Positions 29,923 through 41,027 of a stretch of DNA of 64,000 bases are shown here, piece after piece (the stretch's first letter is position 1; the number at the start of each line of letters is the position of its first letter). A program made the position numbers and the translations under genes. Under the pieces are notes generated by a model. The model did no database searches. It was not told where the DNA came from and saw nothing but the letters and a program-made list of their open reading frames with translations. Source of the stretch: a virus; IMG/VR virus record IMGVR_UViG_3300027754_000039, positions 1 to 64,000 of that record; one strand, 5' to 3'.

Positions 29923-30365
29923 ACTTTTTCGTTTATAATTACTGCTGGTTTATTATGTTTAATTGATTCGTTTATTGCGTGATCGGTACCTGGAGATTTG
30001 CCTTCACTGCGAAAGCATATTAACTTATCACAATATTTTACAATTAATGAGTTGCGATGAAATAATTGAGATACGTGATATGGCTTACCATAATAAGACT
30101 CTGGCAATGCTGAATATAAATTTTTATTAGTGTGTGCTGGATTGAACTCTATATAACTCACTCCTAGCTCTAAACAATATTTCTTTACATACTTATCAGC
30201 TCCACTTTGAGTACCTCCTGATGCGATTAGCAATTTATCTCCGAAAGTGTTTTTCAATTTGAAAATCATATCCCGAATCTTTCTCTTGTTCTCGTAAGTC
30301 CTAGACCCAATTAATGCAATCTTTATCTTATCCGAGCTTGTTTCCAATTTGTATCTATTTAACAT
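29919..30365 (-). CDS. SLOG superfamily (YspA-like) protein
   Basis: IGSRT, SGG..GAD, RN..IV, S.GT. Confidence 0.75.
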   Translation of the reverse strand: MLNRYKLETSSDKIKIALIGSRTYENKRKIRDMIFKLKNTFGDKLLIASGGTQSGADKYVKKYCLELGVSYIEFNPAHTNKNLYSALPESYYGKPYHVSQLFHRNSLIVKYCDKLICFRSEGKSPGTDHAINESIKHNKPAVIINEKV

Positions 30366-31315
30366 TATTTTATTCTATTTGCTTTTGGGCATAAATCTTC
30401 TTTATTTGCAAACTCACACCATCTGCAGTTCTTAAGTCCCGTTAATCCTATTGCAGGAAATATTCCATCAGTCTTATAAGATCCGTCTTGATTAAATCCA
30501 ACATTAATAAAAGACTCAATATCTCTTAAAAGTTTATTACGAGTCGGCTTACCTGAAGCAGGAACAAACTCTTGAATACGCTTTTGTGGATACATAAACC
30601 CTTCAATTAATTTTCTTTTAACAATTACATACTTAATGTCAATCTTCTCCTCATCATATCCATATTGCTTAGCAAAATATGATTTATACAAAACCAATTG
30701 TGATGCTTTGGTCTTATCTGCCTTTGCATACGCATTCCAACCTTTAGTAGAAGTCTTAAAGTCAATAATAATTATTTTATCAGACTCAATATGACGAATT
30801 ACTATATCTAAAAATCCATTCATAATCACTTTTGGATTATTGTCTGAAGCTTGAATATATAAAGGCATTTCAATACCTACTAATTCAAAACCTTGATTAG
30901 TAAAGTAAGAACTACGATTCTTTTTAAACCATTCTAAAATAGCAACTCCATCTTCATAGAATTCATTTAATTGAGTCGATGTTGAGAAGTGCGCTCCGCC
31001 TAAGTCTTGCACTGCCATCATATAATGCTGAGTCATTTGCTCTTGCAAACACTCTGGCAAATTTAACCGGTCAGCAGCTTTAACTGAGTCACTAAACATA
31101 GTATGTAAATACCATTGGATAGTATCATGAAAAGCAGACCCAAATACTGTATGTATTGAAGGTCCGCCTAATCTAATTTTATCGATATATGTTAATTTCC
31201 ATTTTTGTGGACAGCTGGACCACATAGCATACTGACTATATGAAATAGTCTTATCGCCTTCCTTCTTAACAGGAGCGACTGCTCTAAATAACTGATTGAG
31301 TGAACTTACTGCCAT
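30365..31315 (-). CDS. PD-(D/E)xK exonuclease (RecB/Cas4-like)
   Basis: ISYSQ..CP, GSAFH, GFLD, IIDFKT, QLxLY, C..C....C. Confidence 0.85.
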   Translation of the reverse strand: MAVSSLNQLFRAVAPVKKEGDKTISYSQYAMWSSCPQKWKLTYIDKIRLGGPSIHTVFGSAFHDTIQWYLHTMFSDSVKAADRLNLPECLQEQMTQHYMMAVQDLGGAHFSTSTQLNEFYEDGVAILEWFKKNRSSYFTNQGFELVGIEMPLYIQASDNNPKVIMNGFLDIVIRHIESDKIIIIDFKTSTKGWNAYAKADKTKASQLVLYKSYFAKQYGYDEEKIDIKYVIVKRKLIEGFMYPQKRIQEFVPASGKPTRNKLLRDIESFINVGFNQDGSYKTDGIFPAIGLTGLKNCRWCEFANKEDLCPKANRIK

Positions 31316-31335
31316 ATCTTAATTTTTATATAATA

Positions 31336-31367
31336 TAAATTTAAGAAATTCTATTGTAAGTACCAAA
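31336..31367 (-). promoter_or_regulatory. Bacteroidota-type promoter TTTG-N20-TAAATTTA
   Basis: Motif in intergenic gap. Confidence 0.75.
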
Positions 31368-31973
31368 TTAAAGTCCGGCGTATTTCAAAAGACTTTCCTT
31401 TTCTAAAATAGAGAATACTTGAGTTTTAAGTTCTTCAAAAGATCCATTGTTGTCGACAACATAATCCCATTTGGTATAATCATCTAATGCCGTCTCTGAA
31501 GCGTGAGTAGTTCCAATGGTATTACCAGAGTCTCTAATTACTTTAATAGTAATGCCATTATGAGCTTTCGCGGCTTCTAATTCATTTGGAAATCTAGTAT
31601 CTGTGATGAGCCAATTAGGAAGTTGAGCATGAAATTCTGCAGGTACATCTGGAAAGAATGGTCTTGGTTTATAATCAGCGAACAAGGCATTCACCCATAC
31701 ATTCTTATGCAACCCATTTCTCATAGCTTCGGTGCCTAACTTTTGAAGCAAGTCTCTGTAAGTCATTCCCCACTCAGCACCCATATCTTGCTTTTTGAAT
31801 TCTTGATCTTCAAAATTAATTTTTGGTACTCCTGATAAAATCTCTGCAATGACTTTTAATTTACCGGCATACTTTTTTATTTCCCAATTATAGTATGGAG
31901 TTATTGATTGTATTATATCAGCTACTGTATCTTTGCCAGTGCCAATTTTTCCGCTTATAGAAATTATTGCCAT
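31368..31973 (-). CDS. deoxynucleoside monophosphate kinase (T4 gp1-like)
   Basis: SGKIGTGKDT P-loop, R.LLQ.LGTE, TDTRFPNE, HASE. Confidence 0.88.
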   Translation of the reverse strand: MAIISISGKIGTGKDTVADIIQSITPYYNWEIKKYAGKLKVIAEILSGVPKINFEDQEFKKQDMGAEWGMTYRDLLQKLGTEAMRNGLHKNVWVNALFADYKPRPFFPDVPAEFHAQLPNWLITDTRFPNELEAAKAHNGITIKVIRDSGNTIGTTHASETALDDYTKWDYVVDNNGSFEELKTQVFSILEKESLLKYAGL

Positions 31974-31978
31974 ATATT

Positions 31979-32212
31979 TTATTCTTCAAAGTGTTCTAAA
32001 GATTTAATCAATGTATCATTTGCGAAACATTGATAAGCGGCCCATGACCCGAATACTGTAAAAGATAAATAGCCGTCTGGATCATCAAATTTATTTAAGA
32101 CTACTGCTTCAAATTTTGAATCAGTGTCAGCTTCATTTAAGTTATGAATAATGTTCCATAAATGATTTTCGTCTTCTGGCAATATGCCTACGTAAAAATT
32201 AATTTTTTTCAT
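31979..32212 (-). CDS. hypothetical protein
   Basis: 77 aa ORF. Confidence 0.6.
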   Translation of the reverse strand: MKKINFYVGILPEDENHLWNIIHNLNEADTDSKFEAVVLNKFDDPDGYLSFTVFGSWAAYQCFANDTLIKSLEHFEE

Positions 32213-32657
32213 TCTTTAATAATTTTGTAACCTCCTTATCAGTCTTACCATACTTTTTTATTATTTCCTTTACCGGATCTAAGCTGGTATCGCTATATAT
32301 ATCTAAATACTCTATAGCTTCTTTTTCACTGACTAAGAAGTGCTTTGACAGTAATTCAACCAGGTCTGAGTTATATTTATCTGTCGTCTTTCCTTTGATA
32401 TACTTATTATATTGCTTTTGTTTAGGGAGAATATCAGAGTATAGTTTATATACTTCTCTGGCATCTAACCCACCTATAGTATACTTTTGAAATTCATTAA
32501 TTAACTCAACAAAGTCCATATTCATAGATAGAAATCTATTTATCATGTATGGACTAAATGACTTACGATCTAATTCACTAAGTGAATCCCACTTAACCTT
32601 TTTATCTGTAATACCGGATAAATGATCAAATAGTGTTTTTGCCTTAAGCTCCGACAT
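32199..32657 (-). CDS. clamp loader small subunit (gp62-like)
   Basis: FSPYMINRFLS, KKQYNKYIK; close to the clamp loader gene. Confidence 0.75.
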   Translation of the reverse strand: MSELKAKTLFDHLSGITDKKVKWDSLSELDRKSFSPYMINRFLSMNMDFVELINEFQKYTIGGLDAREVYKLYSDILPKQKQYNKYIKGKTTDKYNSDLVELLSKHFLVSEKEAIEYLDIYSDTSLDPVKEIIKKYGKTDKEVTKLLKNEKN

Positions 32658-32886
32658 TTAAATCAAACTCTTTGTTTACATTACCACAAGCCGTACACAT
32701 AAATACTTGCACAGGAACTATTTGATCGTCTGCAGTACCTGCTAATAACTTAGGAACTTTCCTAAACTTCATAGCTTGCATAAACATATCATTTTCACAT
32801 TCTGCATTGTCACAGATAATTGGAACTGTTTTTGTGATGTCAATCTTCGGACCTTGCTGTCCTTGTTTACCTAAACTCTTTTGCAT
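32644..32886 (-). CDS. zinc-ribbon protein
   Basis: CDNAEC and CTACG pairs. Confidence 0.7.
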   Translation of the reverse strand: MQKSLGKQGQQGPKIDITKTVPIICDNAECENDMFMQAMKFRKVPKLLAGTADDQIVPVQVFMCTACGNVNKEFDLNVGA

Positions 32887-32889
32887 AAT

Positions 32890-33177
32890 TTAATTTATTT
32901 GTTTAGCAATATCTTGCTTTGCTATTTTAATTATTTGATTTTTAGTTTCAATTGAAACTCTACTCCAATTTATCATATCCCATTTATCTTGCATTTCCTG
33001 CTTAGGAGTAGGTTCAGCTTCATCAATCCAAACTTTAGTTTTAAGGTCTTCTAATCGTTTCTCTAAATGAGGTACTTTTGATTTATAAAAAGCTAAATGA
33101 TTTAAATGTTCCATGTTTAACCCTGATTCTTTTTTACGGCTAAACAAATTTTTAATAAAATTTACAATTTGTTTCAT
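32890..33177 (-). CDS. hypothetical protein
   Basis: 95 aa ORF. Confidence 0.6.
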   Translation of the reverse strand: MKQIVNFIKNLFSRKKESGLNMEHLNHLAFYKSKVPHLEKRLEDLKTKVWIDEAEPTPKQEMQDKWDMINWSRVSIETKNQIIKIAKQDIAKQIN

Positions 33178-34106
33178 TAGTATAATTCGTTTATAATTTT
33201 AATAAACATTGCCATTACATTGATCTCTTTATCAACGGCAAATGAATCTTGATATTGAGCTTCTGCTATGATAAGAATTACTCCAGCTATATGACCAACA
33301 GCAAATGTATCTACATTGTCATACAGATGCCTGTATAATGCAGTGTAGTCTTTTACTTGAGAATCAGCTAGCAACTGGCGAATTGAAGTAAACAACTGTT
33401 TCTTGTCTGGTTTAGAGACTAGCAATTCGATAATCTTGTCTGCATAATTAGCTTCAATTAAAGATTGTTTATCTATTTGTAATTCACCTTTTACTACTTG
33501 CCTCTGACAGGAATTAAGTATCCGTCTTATGTCTGGATATCCTGCATTAATTATTGAAACCAGGTCTTCAGGTTTCGCCGTAACCCCTTCTGTTTGAAGT
33601 ATTGAATTTACTCGAATAGCCACATCTTTCTTTGACGGTGGAGTGATACCAAATACTTGACATCGTGACTGAATAGGATCAATTATCTTTTCAACATAGT
33701 TGCAAGTTAAAATAAACCTAGTAGTCTTTGAAAACGTTTCCATCAAATTTCGAAGAGCTGCTTGAGCGTTTGGGGTCAAGTAGTCGGCTTCATCTAGGAT
33801 GATTAATTTCCATTGACGAAATCCGATTGTGCTAGCAAAGCTTTTAATTTTCTCTCTAACTGTATCTACATTGTTTTCGTCTGATGCATTAATATACATC
33901 AAATCACAATCTATATTTTTTGCTATTAGTTTAGCTAGAGTAGTCTTACCAGTTCCTGCAGTACCATAAAATAACAAATGCGGAACATCACCACTCTCTA
34001 TATAGATTTTTACTTTTTCTATGATAGAAGTATTTCCTACATATCCATCTAATTGCTCCGGTCGATATTTTTCAGTCCAAAGAGTATGTTCGTTATTTCC
34101 GTACAT
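33177..34106 (-). CDS. clamp loader large subunit (RFC/gp44 AAA+)
   Basis: WTEKYRP, GTAGTGKT, DEAD, SRC. Confidence 0.95.
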   Translation of the reverse strand: MYGNNEHTLWTEKYRPEQLDGYVGNTSIIEKVKIYIESGDVPHLLFYGTAGTGKTTLAKLIAKNIDCDLMYINASDENNVDTVREKIKSFASTIGFRQWKLIILDEADYLTPNAQAALRNLMETFSKTTRFILTCNYVEKIIDPIQSRCQVFGITPPSKKDVAIRVNSILQTEGVTAKPEDLVSIINAGYPDIRRILNSCQRQVVKGELQIDKQSLIEANYADKIIELLVSKPDKKQLFTSIRQLLADSQVKDYTALYRHLYDNVDTFAVGHIAGVILIIAEAQYQDSFAVDKEINVMAMFIKIINELY

Positions 34107-34108
34107 TG

Positions 34109-34279
34109 CTATTTAATATTTTGTTTATTTAATGATCTAATTAATTCTTCTACTGTAATAATATTAGAGTATATACTTGACTCCGATTTCACAGCATACA
34201 ATTCATGTAACATAGAATGAAGACTGCGTGCTATTAACACACAATCTTCAACCGTTATTTCTTTTTTCTTTTTTGCCAT
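34109..34279 (-). CDS. 56-aa hypothetical protein (not in ORF track)
   Basis: Hand translation MAKKKKEITVEDCVLIARSLH...; exactly fills the clamp to clamp-loader gap. Confidence 0.6.
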   Translation of the reverse strand: MAKKKKEITVEDCVLIARSLHSMLHELYAVKSESSIYSNIITVEELIRSLNKQNIK

Positions 34280-34281
34280 AA

Positions 34282-34995
34282 TTAAGCAATAGTCAATTTA
34301 ACTAAATAATATGATGAAGAGTATTCAGCATTTTCAAAAGTTACTTTTGCTAATCCTTTAGAAGACACTTCTAACATTCCTGTCGCGTCTGCATTTGCAT
34401 TTAAAATTTCTTTAAACAATTTAGCAGAGAAACATACAGTATCCATTTGCTTAGACTCTTTAGGAGTTGCCTTAAATACAATACGATTGGTATTCACACT
34501 TGAGTGATTGATAATAATTTTAGTTTCTTCCCCATCACATTGAACACCAAAGTTATCAGACTCAGGTAACGCATTAGCTGCTTTCTTAAAGTTATTTGCA
34601 AAGTCTTTATTCAATTCAATCTTAACATCAAAGTCAGGAAGTGATTTTAAATTAGGAACTTGACGAATAACAGATAAGTCTGCTAACATGTAAGTTACAT
34701 TAGTACTTGAATCTTTGAAATTGATAGAATACATTTTCTTTTCTACCTCTCCAAAAGTTACATCTATTTTCTCATCAACTGCTGATAACATCTTAACCAA
34801 TTGAGAAGTTGCATAAACTCCTAACTCAGCATCTGGTGCATCAAAGTTATTAAGAACTACTTCACCAATTACATTCTGATCAGTGCTAATGAATTTAGTA
34901 GTCAGCTTTTTGTCTTCTACTACCAACTTTGCCGAGTCTGTATTACCTGCTAAGAAGTAACGATTCACAAAGCCTATAAATTTTGATTTTTCCAT
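34282..34995 (-). CDS. sliding clamp (gp45-like)
   Basis: 237 aa two-domain size, LGVYxTSQL motif, adjacent to clamp loader. Confidence 0.8.
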   Translation of the reverse strand: MEKSKFIGFVNRYFLAGNTDSAKLVVEDKKLTTKFISTDQNVIGEVVLNNFDAPDAELGVYATSQLVKMLSAVDEKIDVTFGEVEKKMYSINFKDSSTNVTYMLADLSVIRQVPNLKSLPDFDVKIELNKDFANNFKKAANALPESDNFGVQCDGEETKIIINHSSVNTNRIVFKATPKESKQMDTVCFSAKLFKEILNANADATGMLEVSSKGLAKVTFENAEYSSSYYLVKLTIA

Positions 34996-35011
34996 TTTAT
35001 TTTATTTTTAT

Positions 35012-35043
35012 TTAATATAAGATATTCTTTTCAAGATGCCAAA
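35012..35043 (-). promoter_or_regulatory. Bacteroidota-type promoter TTTG-N20-TATATTAA
   Basis: Motif in intergenic gap. Confidence 0.7.
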
Positions 35044-36672
<1,629 letters not shown>

Positions 36673-38022
36673 TTATATATTTTCTAATTCACCCCACCCA
36701 CCTAACGCATCTTCAATACGCTGTTGCGGAACTTCTTCTGTTTCTTTTGTTTCATCCACTACTTCTTTCTTTTCTCTTTTCTTAACTACTTTTGGTTCCA
36801 CAAATGAATTAAAGTCGGCAAAGTTAAAAAATTCTTCATGAACTTCTTTTGCAATATTCATTACATTCTCTCCGCCAAATTTAACATAGAATTGTCTATA
36901 TCTTTCATACACTGCAATTGGATCAGAGGATACAAACATTTCTTCCATTGACTTTAAAATTTGTATTAAGTCATTTGGAATTAATTCTGCTAGAACTTCT
37001 AATGGACAAGTATTAACTAACTTCTCTACCTGATCTGCAGTGTATACATACATATACAAATTATGATAAGTTAATCGAGTAACTGCTTCTGTCGAATAAT
37101 TTTTTACTGTATCCCATTTCAAATACTCAACACCTGGATGATTAATTAATGACGGAACGTGTCCTGTAGTTGGATATACAATATTACTTGAATCTTTAGG
37201 AAAGTATAACATATTAAATACTTGATCTTTCCAATTAGGACTCCATACCATTTGCCCAAAGATAGGATACTGACCTGGAGATGAACTATCTGTTGATACA
37301 GTAATTCTATTATTAGTATGTATATTTAATAATTTCTGTAATTGAGATAAAATGAAAAAGTCAGATACTTTTGAAATGCCTAATAAGTGAACCCAAGTAT
37401 TATATTCTTTATCAAACTCTTTTTCTTTAATCATTAAAGCTAGAATATACATAAAGTCTACAAGACGTCTAGATGAACCTATACACCATCCACCAAACTC
37501 CATATCTCTAACAGTCTTATACCAATGAGAAAACTCTACAGGATTAGAACCTTGAACTACATTTAAAAATTTAGTCTTACCAGTTTGTTTCTTTTCAAAA
37601 TATTTAAAATTATCTAAACTGATATCTAAAGACTCTTGGAACCTTCCTTCATAAGTCACGCGTGGCGGAATATCTATATTACAAGCAATGTCTGAATTGT
37701 TTTCTAACCATTCAAAAATTCTATCACGTAATGCCATATCCCATTTCAATGCACCAGTTGCAATTTGGAATCCACCAGAGTCGCCAAATACTAAAGTATC
37801 TTGCAATCCCCAAGTTTGTCTAATGTTATCTTTCTTATAAAGATGACCTGCTGTCATCAAGAAGTATTTATATCTCCACTCCTCAGGAGTACGGTCATCC
37901 CAAAATCTATAAGGGACACCGGGTGCTACTTCCATATCTTTAGTTAGTGGAGAAGCATAAGCTCCACTCGACAAACTAGGGAAATAGCAGAGTTTTTTTG
38001 GACTATTTGATTTTAATATCAT
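36673..38022 (-). CDS. dpdA: DNA 7-deazaguanine transglycosylase (DpdA, TGT fold)
   Basis: DSGGFQ, DIPP, VQG, HLLG and DSSSP motifs; lacks the CxCxxC zinc site of tRNA TGT; near folE/queD/queE. Confidence 0.85.
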   Translation of the reverse strand: MILKSNSPKKLCYFPSLSSGAYASPLTKDMEVAPGVPYRFWDDRTPEEWRYKYFLMTAGHLYKKDNIRQTWGLQDTLVFGDSGGFQIATGALKWDMALRDRIFEWLENNSDIACNIDIPPRVTYEGRFQESLDISLDNFKYFEKKQTGKTKFLNVVQGSNPVEFSHWYKTVRDMEFGGWCIGSSRRLVDFMYILALMIKEKEFDKEYNTWVHLLGISKVSDFFILSQLQKLLNIHTNNRITVSTDSSSPGQYPIFGQMVWSPNWKDQVFNMLYFPKDSSNIVYPTTGHVPSLINHPGVEYLKWDTVKNYSTEAVTRLTYHNLYMYVYTADQVEKLVNTCPLEVLAELIPNDLIQILKSMEEMFVSSDPIAVYERYRQFYVKFGGENVMNIAKEVHEEFFNFADFNSFVEPKVVKKREKKEVVDETKETEEVPQQRIEDALGGWGELENI

Positions 38023-38041
38023 AACTTTATTTATTTATACT

Positions 38042-38073
38042 TAAATATAGGAAATTCTTATGTGTCTACCAAA
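38042..38073 (-). promoter_or_regulatory. Bacteroidota-type promoter TTTG-N20-TATATTTA for dpdA
   Basis: Motif in intergenic gap. Confidence 0.75.
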
Positions 38074-38805
38074 TTAATTTGAAAACTTTTTACCTTTATT
38101 CCAAGGAATTCTAGGCACATAAGTTCCATTTTTAATTTTTTCTTCTTTATTTCGTTTTCTAGAAGCCATACATTTTTTAACAATTTCAAGGTCTTTCATA
38201 GAATTTATCTTTTTAGATAAAGAATTTTTAATTTTATTTACAGTTTCCAAACTTGGCGAAATGCCTTTATTCCATGCAGTTCTTCCGGTGGGTCGACCCT
38301 TCATATTTTCATAATGTACTAATCGAGCGGGTGTCATAACTTTTTTCTTTCCTTTAGTAGCTTTAGATAGTTTAGCTTTATATTCATCACTTCTCGGATG
38401 CTTTAATCCTAAATTAATATCTCGTAATTTTTGTTTTGTATCTTCCGACATAATTCGGCCAGTCATTTGTTTAGTTAAATAAGGAATCCATTTATCTTTT
38501 GCTTCTTGATACATTCTACTCGACGGAGTGTAATTACTTAGTTTATATCTTAACGCATTTTTTAAATTACACATACGAAAAAATGCATGAGCTAATTTAT
38601 TAGAATCAATATATACTCGTATTAATAGCCAATGGCATATAAAATGCTCACGAGCTGTTAATAAAACTAAATTTTCTTTTTTATTACTGCCTCCTAAACA
38701 TTTAGGTACAATATGGTGCTTTTCATAATACACACTAGTTCCTTTAATTCGATTTTCAGTTCGAGCTTTTTCTATTATTTGATTGTATATTTTTTCGTAA
38801 TTCAT
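38074..38805 (-). mobile_element. free-standing HNH homing endonuclease with NUMOD3-like repeats
   Basis: EKHHIVPKCLGGSN..NLV.LTAREH..CH; AWNKG and PWNKG repeats. Confidence 0.88.
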
Positions 38806-38914
38806 AATACCTAGTCATTATTGAATCTTTATTTTTTTGATAGTATTCATCATTCCATCGTTTTCTAGCAGTCTTTTGCTCCTCAACGGTTTGATATTTT
38901 TTCTTTCTACCCAT
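38756..38914 (-). CDS. 52-aa basic helical ORF overlapping the HNH start (not in ORF track)
   Basis: Hand translation MGRKKKYQTVEEQKTARKRWNDEYYQKNKDS... Confidence 0.55.
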   Translation of the reverse strand: MGRKKKYQTVEEQKTARKRWNDEYYQKNKDSIMTRYYELRKNIQSNNRKSSN

Positions 38915-38945
38915 TCAATAATAATTATATACTTATGAAAAAAAC

Positions 38946-39950
38946 TTATGAAATAGTACCAAATATTTCTTTAATAATTGGCTCTGAATCGTAAAAGGTT
39001 TCAAATAAATGTGTCTGCTGTTCTTTAATTAAAGGAATATAAAAATCATAATTTTCAATTAGATGTTTTATCTTACCTGTTAAGTCTGGAGCGAATTTAC
39101 TGTAATTGAAAATATTTGCCGTCCATTCAGCTGGATATCTAAAATCTAAAGGAACTAAATCTTTTAACCCTTCAATATCAGGTACCAAAGGTATAGTGCC
39201 TAGCAAAAAACATTCATAAATTTCTTTTCCAATATTTGGAGAGTCGTAAGGAAGAAATGCAACTTTAGCTTTAGCAATTTGATTTAATAATTGATCTCGA
39301 GTTAATGGAAGACGTTCTTGAGCAAATATAACTTTTATATCTTTGTACACTCGTATAAAGTCGTATACAATCTGTTCCTGTAGCGTTGAATACTTATTCC
39401 ATGGAAAGATAACCATGCTTTGTTTAAAGTAACTATCCTTATATAAAGACATATCCAATATTAAATACTCTAATGGAAAAGGCATTACATTTAATCTTTC
39501 AGGAAATACAAATTTAGAAACGTATATACGAAACTGCTCTTTATGAAATTCAGATATAAAAAATGATTTATCTAAACAACGAAAAGATGCCCTTTCATGT
39601 ACCTTTCTCCAATTACGATCATTTAATGGACGATACTCTGAATCTAAATTTAAGTAACACCCACGTGACCAAAAGCCAATCATCTTAACCGGCACTTGAT
39701 AATTTTCTGACCAGTGTCTAACATACACAGTCATTGACGACCAAGCATTAGGAAACACAAATAAATCGTCAGGAGTAATTACTCCATTCTGAAAATGTTG
39801 CTTAATTAATGAAGGGTCCATAATTTCTACAACTTCAAACTCATTAGGCTTTGTAGACTCTACATACCCATGAAGAATAGAAGCTAAATGACTTTCCCAA
39901 GAATTCTCGTCAGTAATAAGTGGGTCTATTACTACATAAACTCTTTTCAT
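38946..39950 (-). CDS. GT-B glycosyltransferase-like protein, degenerate paralog of 43597..44619
   Basis: Shared blocks VKxxGxxxxG, DxxFxxSxxHK, LTxxxxxxxxAKA, PxEWT; ETFG replaced by PNIG. Confidence 0.65.
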   Translation of the reverse strand: MKRVYVVIDPLITDENSWESHLASILHGYVESTKPNEFEVVEIMDPSLIKQHFQNGVITPDDLFVFPNAWSSMTVYVRHWSENYQVPVKMIGFWSRGCYLNLDSEYRPLNDRNWRKVHERASFRCLDKSFFISEFHKEQFRIYVSKFVFPERLNVMPFPLEYLILDMSLYKDSYFKQSMVIFPWNKYSTLQEQIVYDFIRVYKDIKVIFAQERLPLTRDQLLNQIAKAKVAFLPYDSPNIGKEIYECFLLGTIPLVPDIEGLKDLVPLDFRYPAEWTANIFNYSKFAPDLTGKIKHLIENYDFYIPLIKEQQTHLFETFYDSEPIIKEIFGTIS

Positions 39951-40303
39951 AGCTTTTCTACTCTAGCTCCATTTTCCATATCTTCCCAACATTCAACCCA
40001 ATCACATTCAAATCTTTCTAGCAATTCTCTAGATAACATTTCACAAGACTTAGGCCCAAACTCTAAAGTTCTAGATTGATTATCTGAATATTGATTATGT
40101 AAATAATTTAATACATCCCGTTTAAACATAATAAACTCTACATCTCGATCATCGTGATTAACCATTTTAGCTAAAGTAAAATGAAACATATGTCTATGTC
40201 TATCTGCTAAAAATGCAACTTCTGGAAACAACTCTGCTGCTTTTGGGAAGTTGTGCATTCCGTCTACTGCTAGCTTAACTAATACTACCGTCTTTGTTAT
40301 CAT
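39947..40303 (-). CDS. dpdL: QueD-like T-fold protein, DpdL-like (putative CDG decarboxylase)
   Basis: LADRHRHMF fits the LxxxHRHxF signature I recall for DpdL; SCEML and WED T-fold motifs. Confidence 0.7.
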   Translation of the reverse strand: MITKTVVLVKLAVDGMHNFPKAAELFPEVAFLADRHRHMFHFTLAKMVNHDDRDVEFIMFKRDVLNYLHNQYSDNQSRTLEFGPKSCEMLSRELLERFECDWVECWEDMENGARVEKL

Positions 40304-40436
40304 GTTTTTCTTTTATTATTTTTAAATTTTCTTCTGCTATCTTAGCAATAATTTCTTTAATTTCAGACATTGAATGCTCATAATCTTTTTCCAACTCAAA
40401 ATTAATTTCGTCTGTTTTAACTTTTAATTTTATCAT
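40275..40436 (-). CDS. 53-aa hypothetical protein (not in ORF track)
   Basis: Hand translation MIKLKVKTDEINFELEKDY...; ATGA overlap with the clpP stop. Confidence 0.55.
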   Translation of the reverse strand: MIKLKVKTDEINFELEKDYEHSMSEIKEIIAKIAEENLKIIKEKHDNKDGSIS

Positions 40437-41017
40437 ACTATTTCATCTATTAGTTTATACTGCAAAGCTTCTTCTGGAGACATATACCAATCAAATTTAA
40501 CTTTTTTACTATCGTCTAATTGCTTTCGCTTCAATGAAGTTTTGCTAATTAAATAATCGTCATACACTTTCATTATTCGTTTAGTCTCTTGAAGATTTTC
40601 ATTCAAGGTAGAAAGCTTTTCATATGGCAATTGATCTAGGCATTCGTGATACATAAAAGTCGATAACTTATGACCAAATCGTTGATGACCTGAAACTAAA
40701 ATTAATAAAGCCATTGACATTGCCGATCCATAACAATATGTATGCACAGGAGTTTTAGATTTTTCTATAACACCAATTAAAGCAAATCCATCATATACCG
40801 AACCTCCCATGCTATTAACAATTAATTTGATAGGAGTTCTTGTATACTCAACTACATTATCTTCATTCTCGTCGTCAATTTCATTAATGTCACAAATGTC
40901 TTGCATTATTTCACTAACCGTTAACTCATCAACCTCTCCACTTAATATAAGTGTTCGTGATAAATTTTCTTTATCTAATCTAGATGTCTTACTTTTTTTC
41001 TGTGCTATTTTATTCAT
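40433..41017 (-). CDS. clpP: ClpP-like serine protease
   Basis: NSMGGSV..G, AMSMA catalytic Ser, MYHE His, EALQYKLID. Confidence 0.88.
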   Translation of the reverse strand: MNKIAQKKSKTSRLDKENLSRTLILSGEVDELTVSEIMQDICDINEIDDENEDNVVEYTRTPIKLIVNSMGGSVYDGFALIGVIEKSKTPVHTYCYGSAMSMALLILVSGHQRFGHKLSTFMYHECLDQLPYEKLSTLNENLQETKRIMKVYDDYLISKTSLKRKQLDDSKKVKFDWYMSPEEALQYKLIDEIV

Positions 41018-41027
41018 AACTTAAATT

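Noticed and set aside
36673-38022. tRNA-guanine transglycosylase (tgt) for queuosine
   Set aside because: No CxCxxC zinc motif, no queC/queF/queA, and linkage to replication genes favour a DNA-acting DpdA
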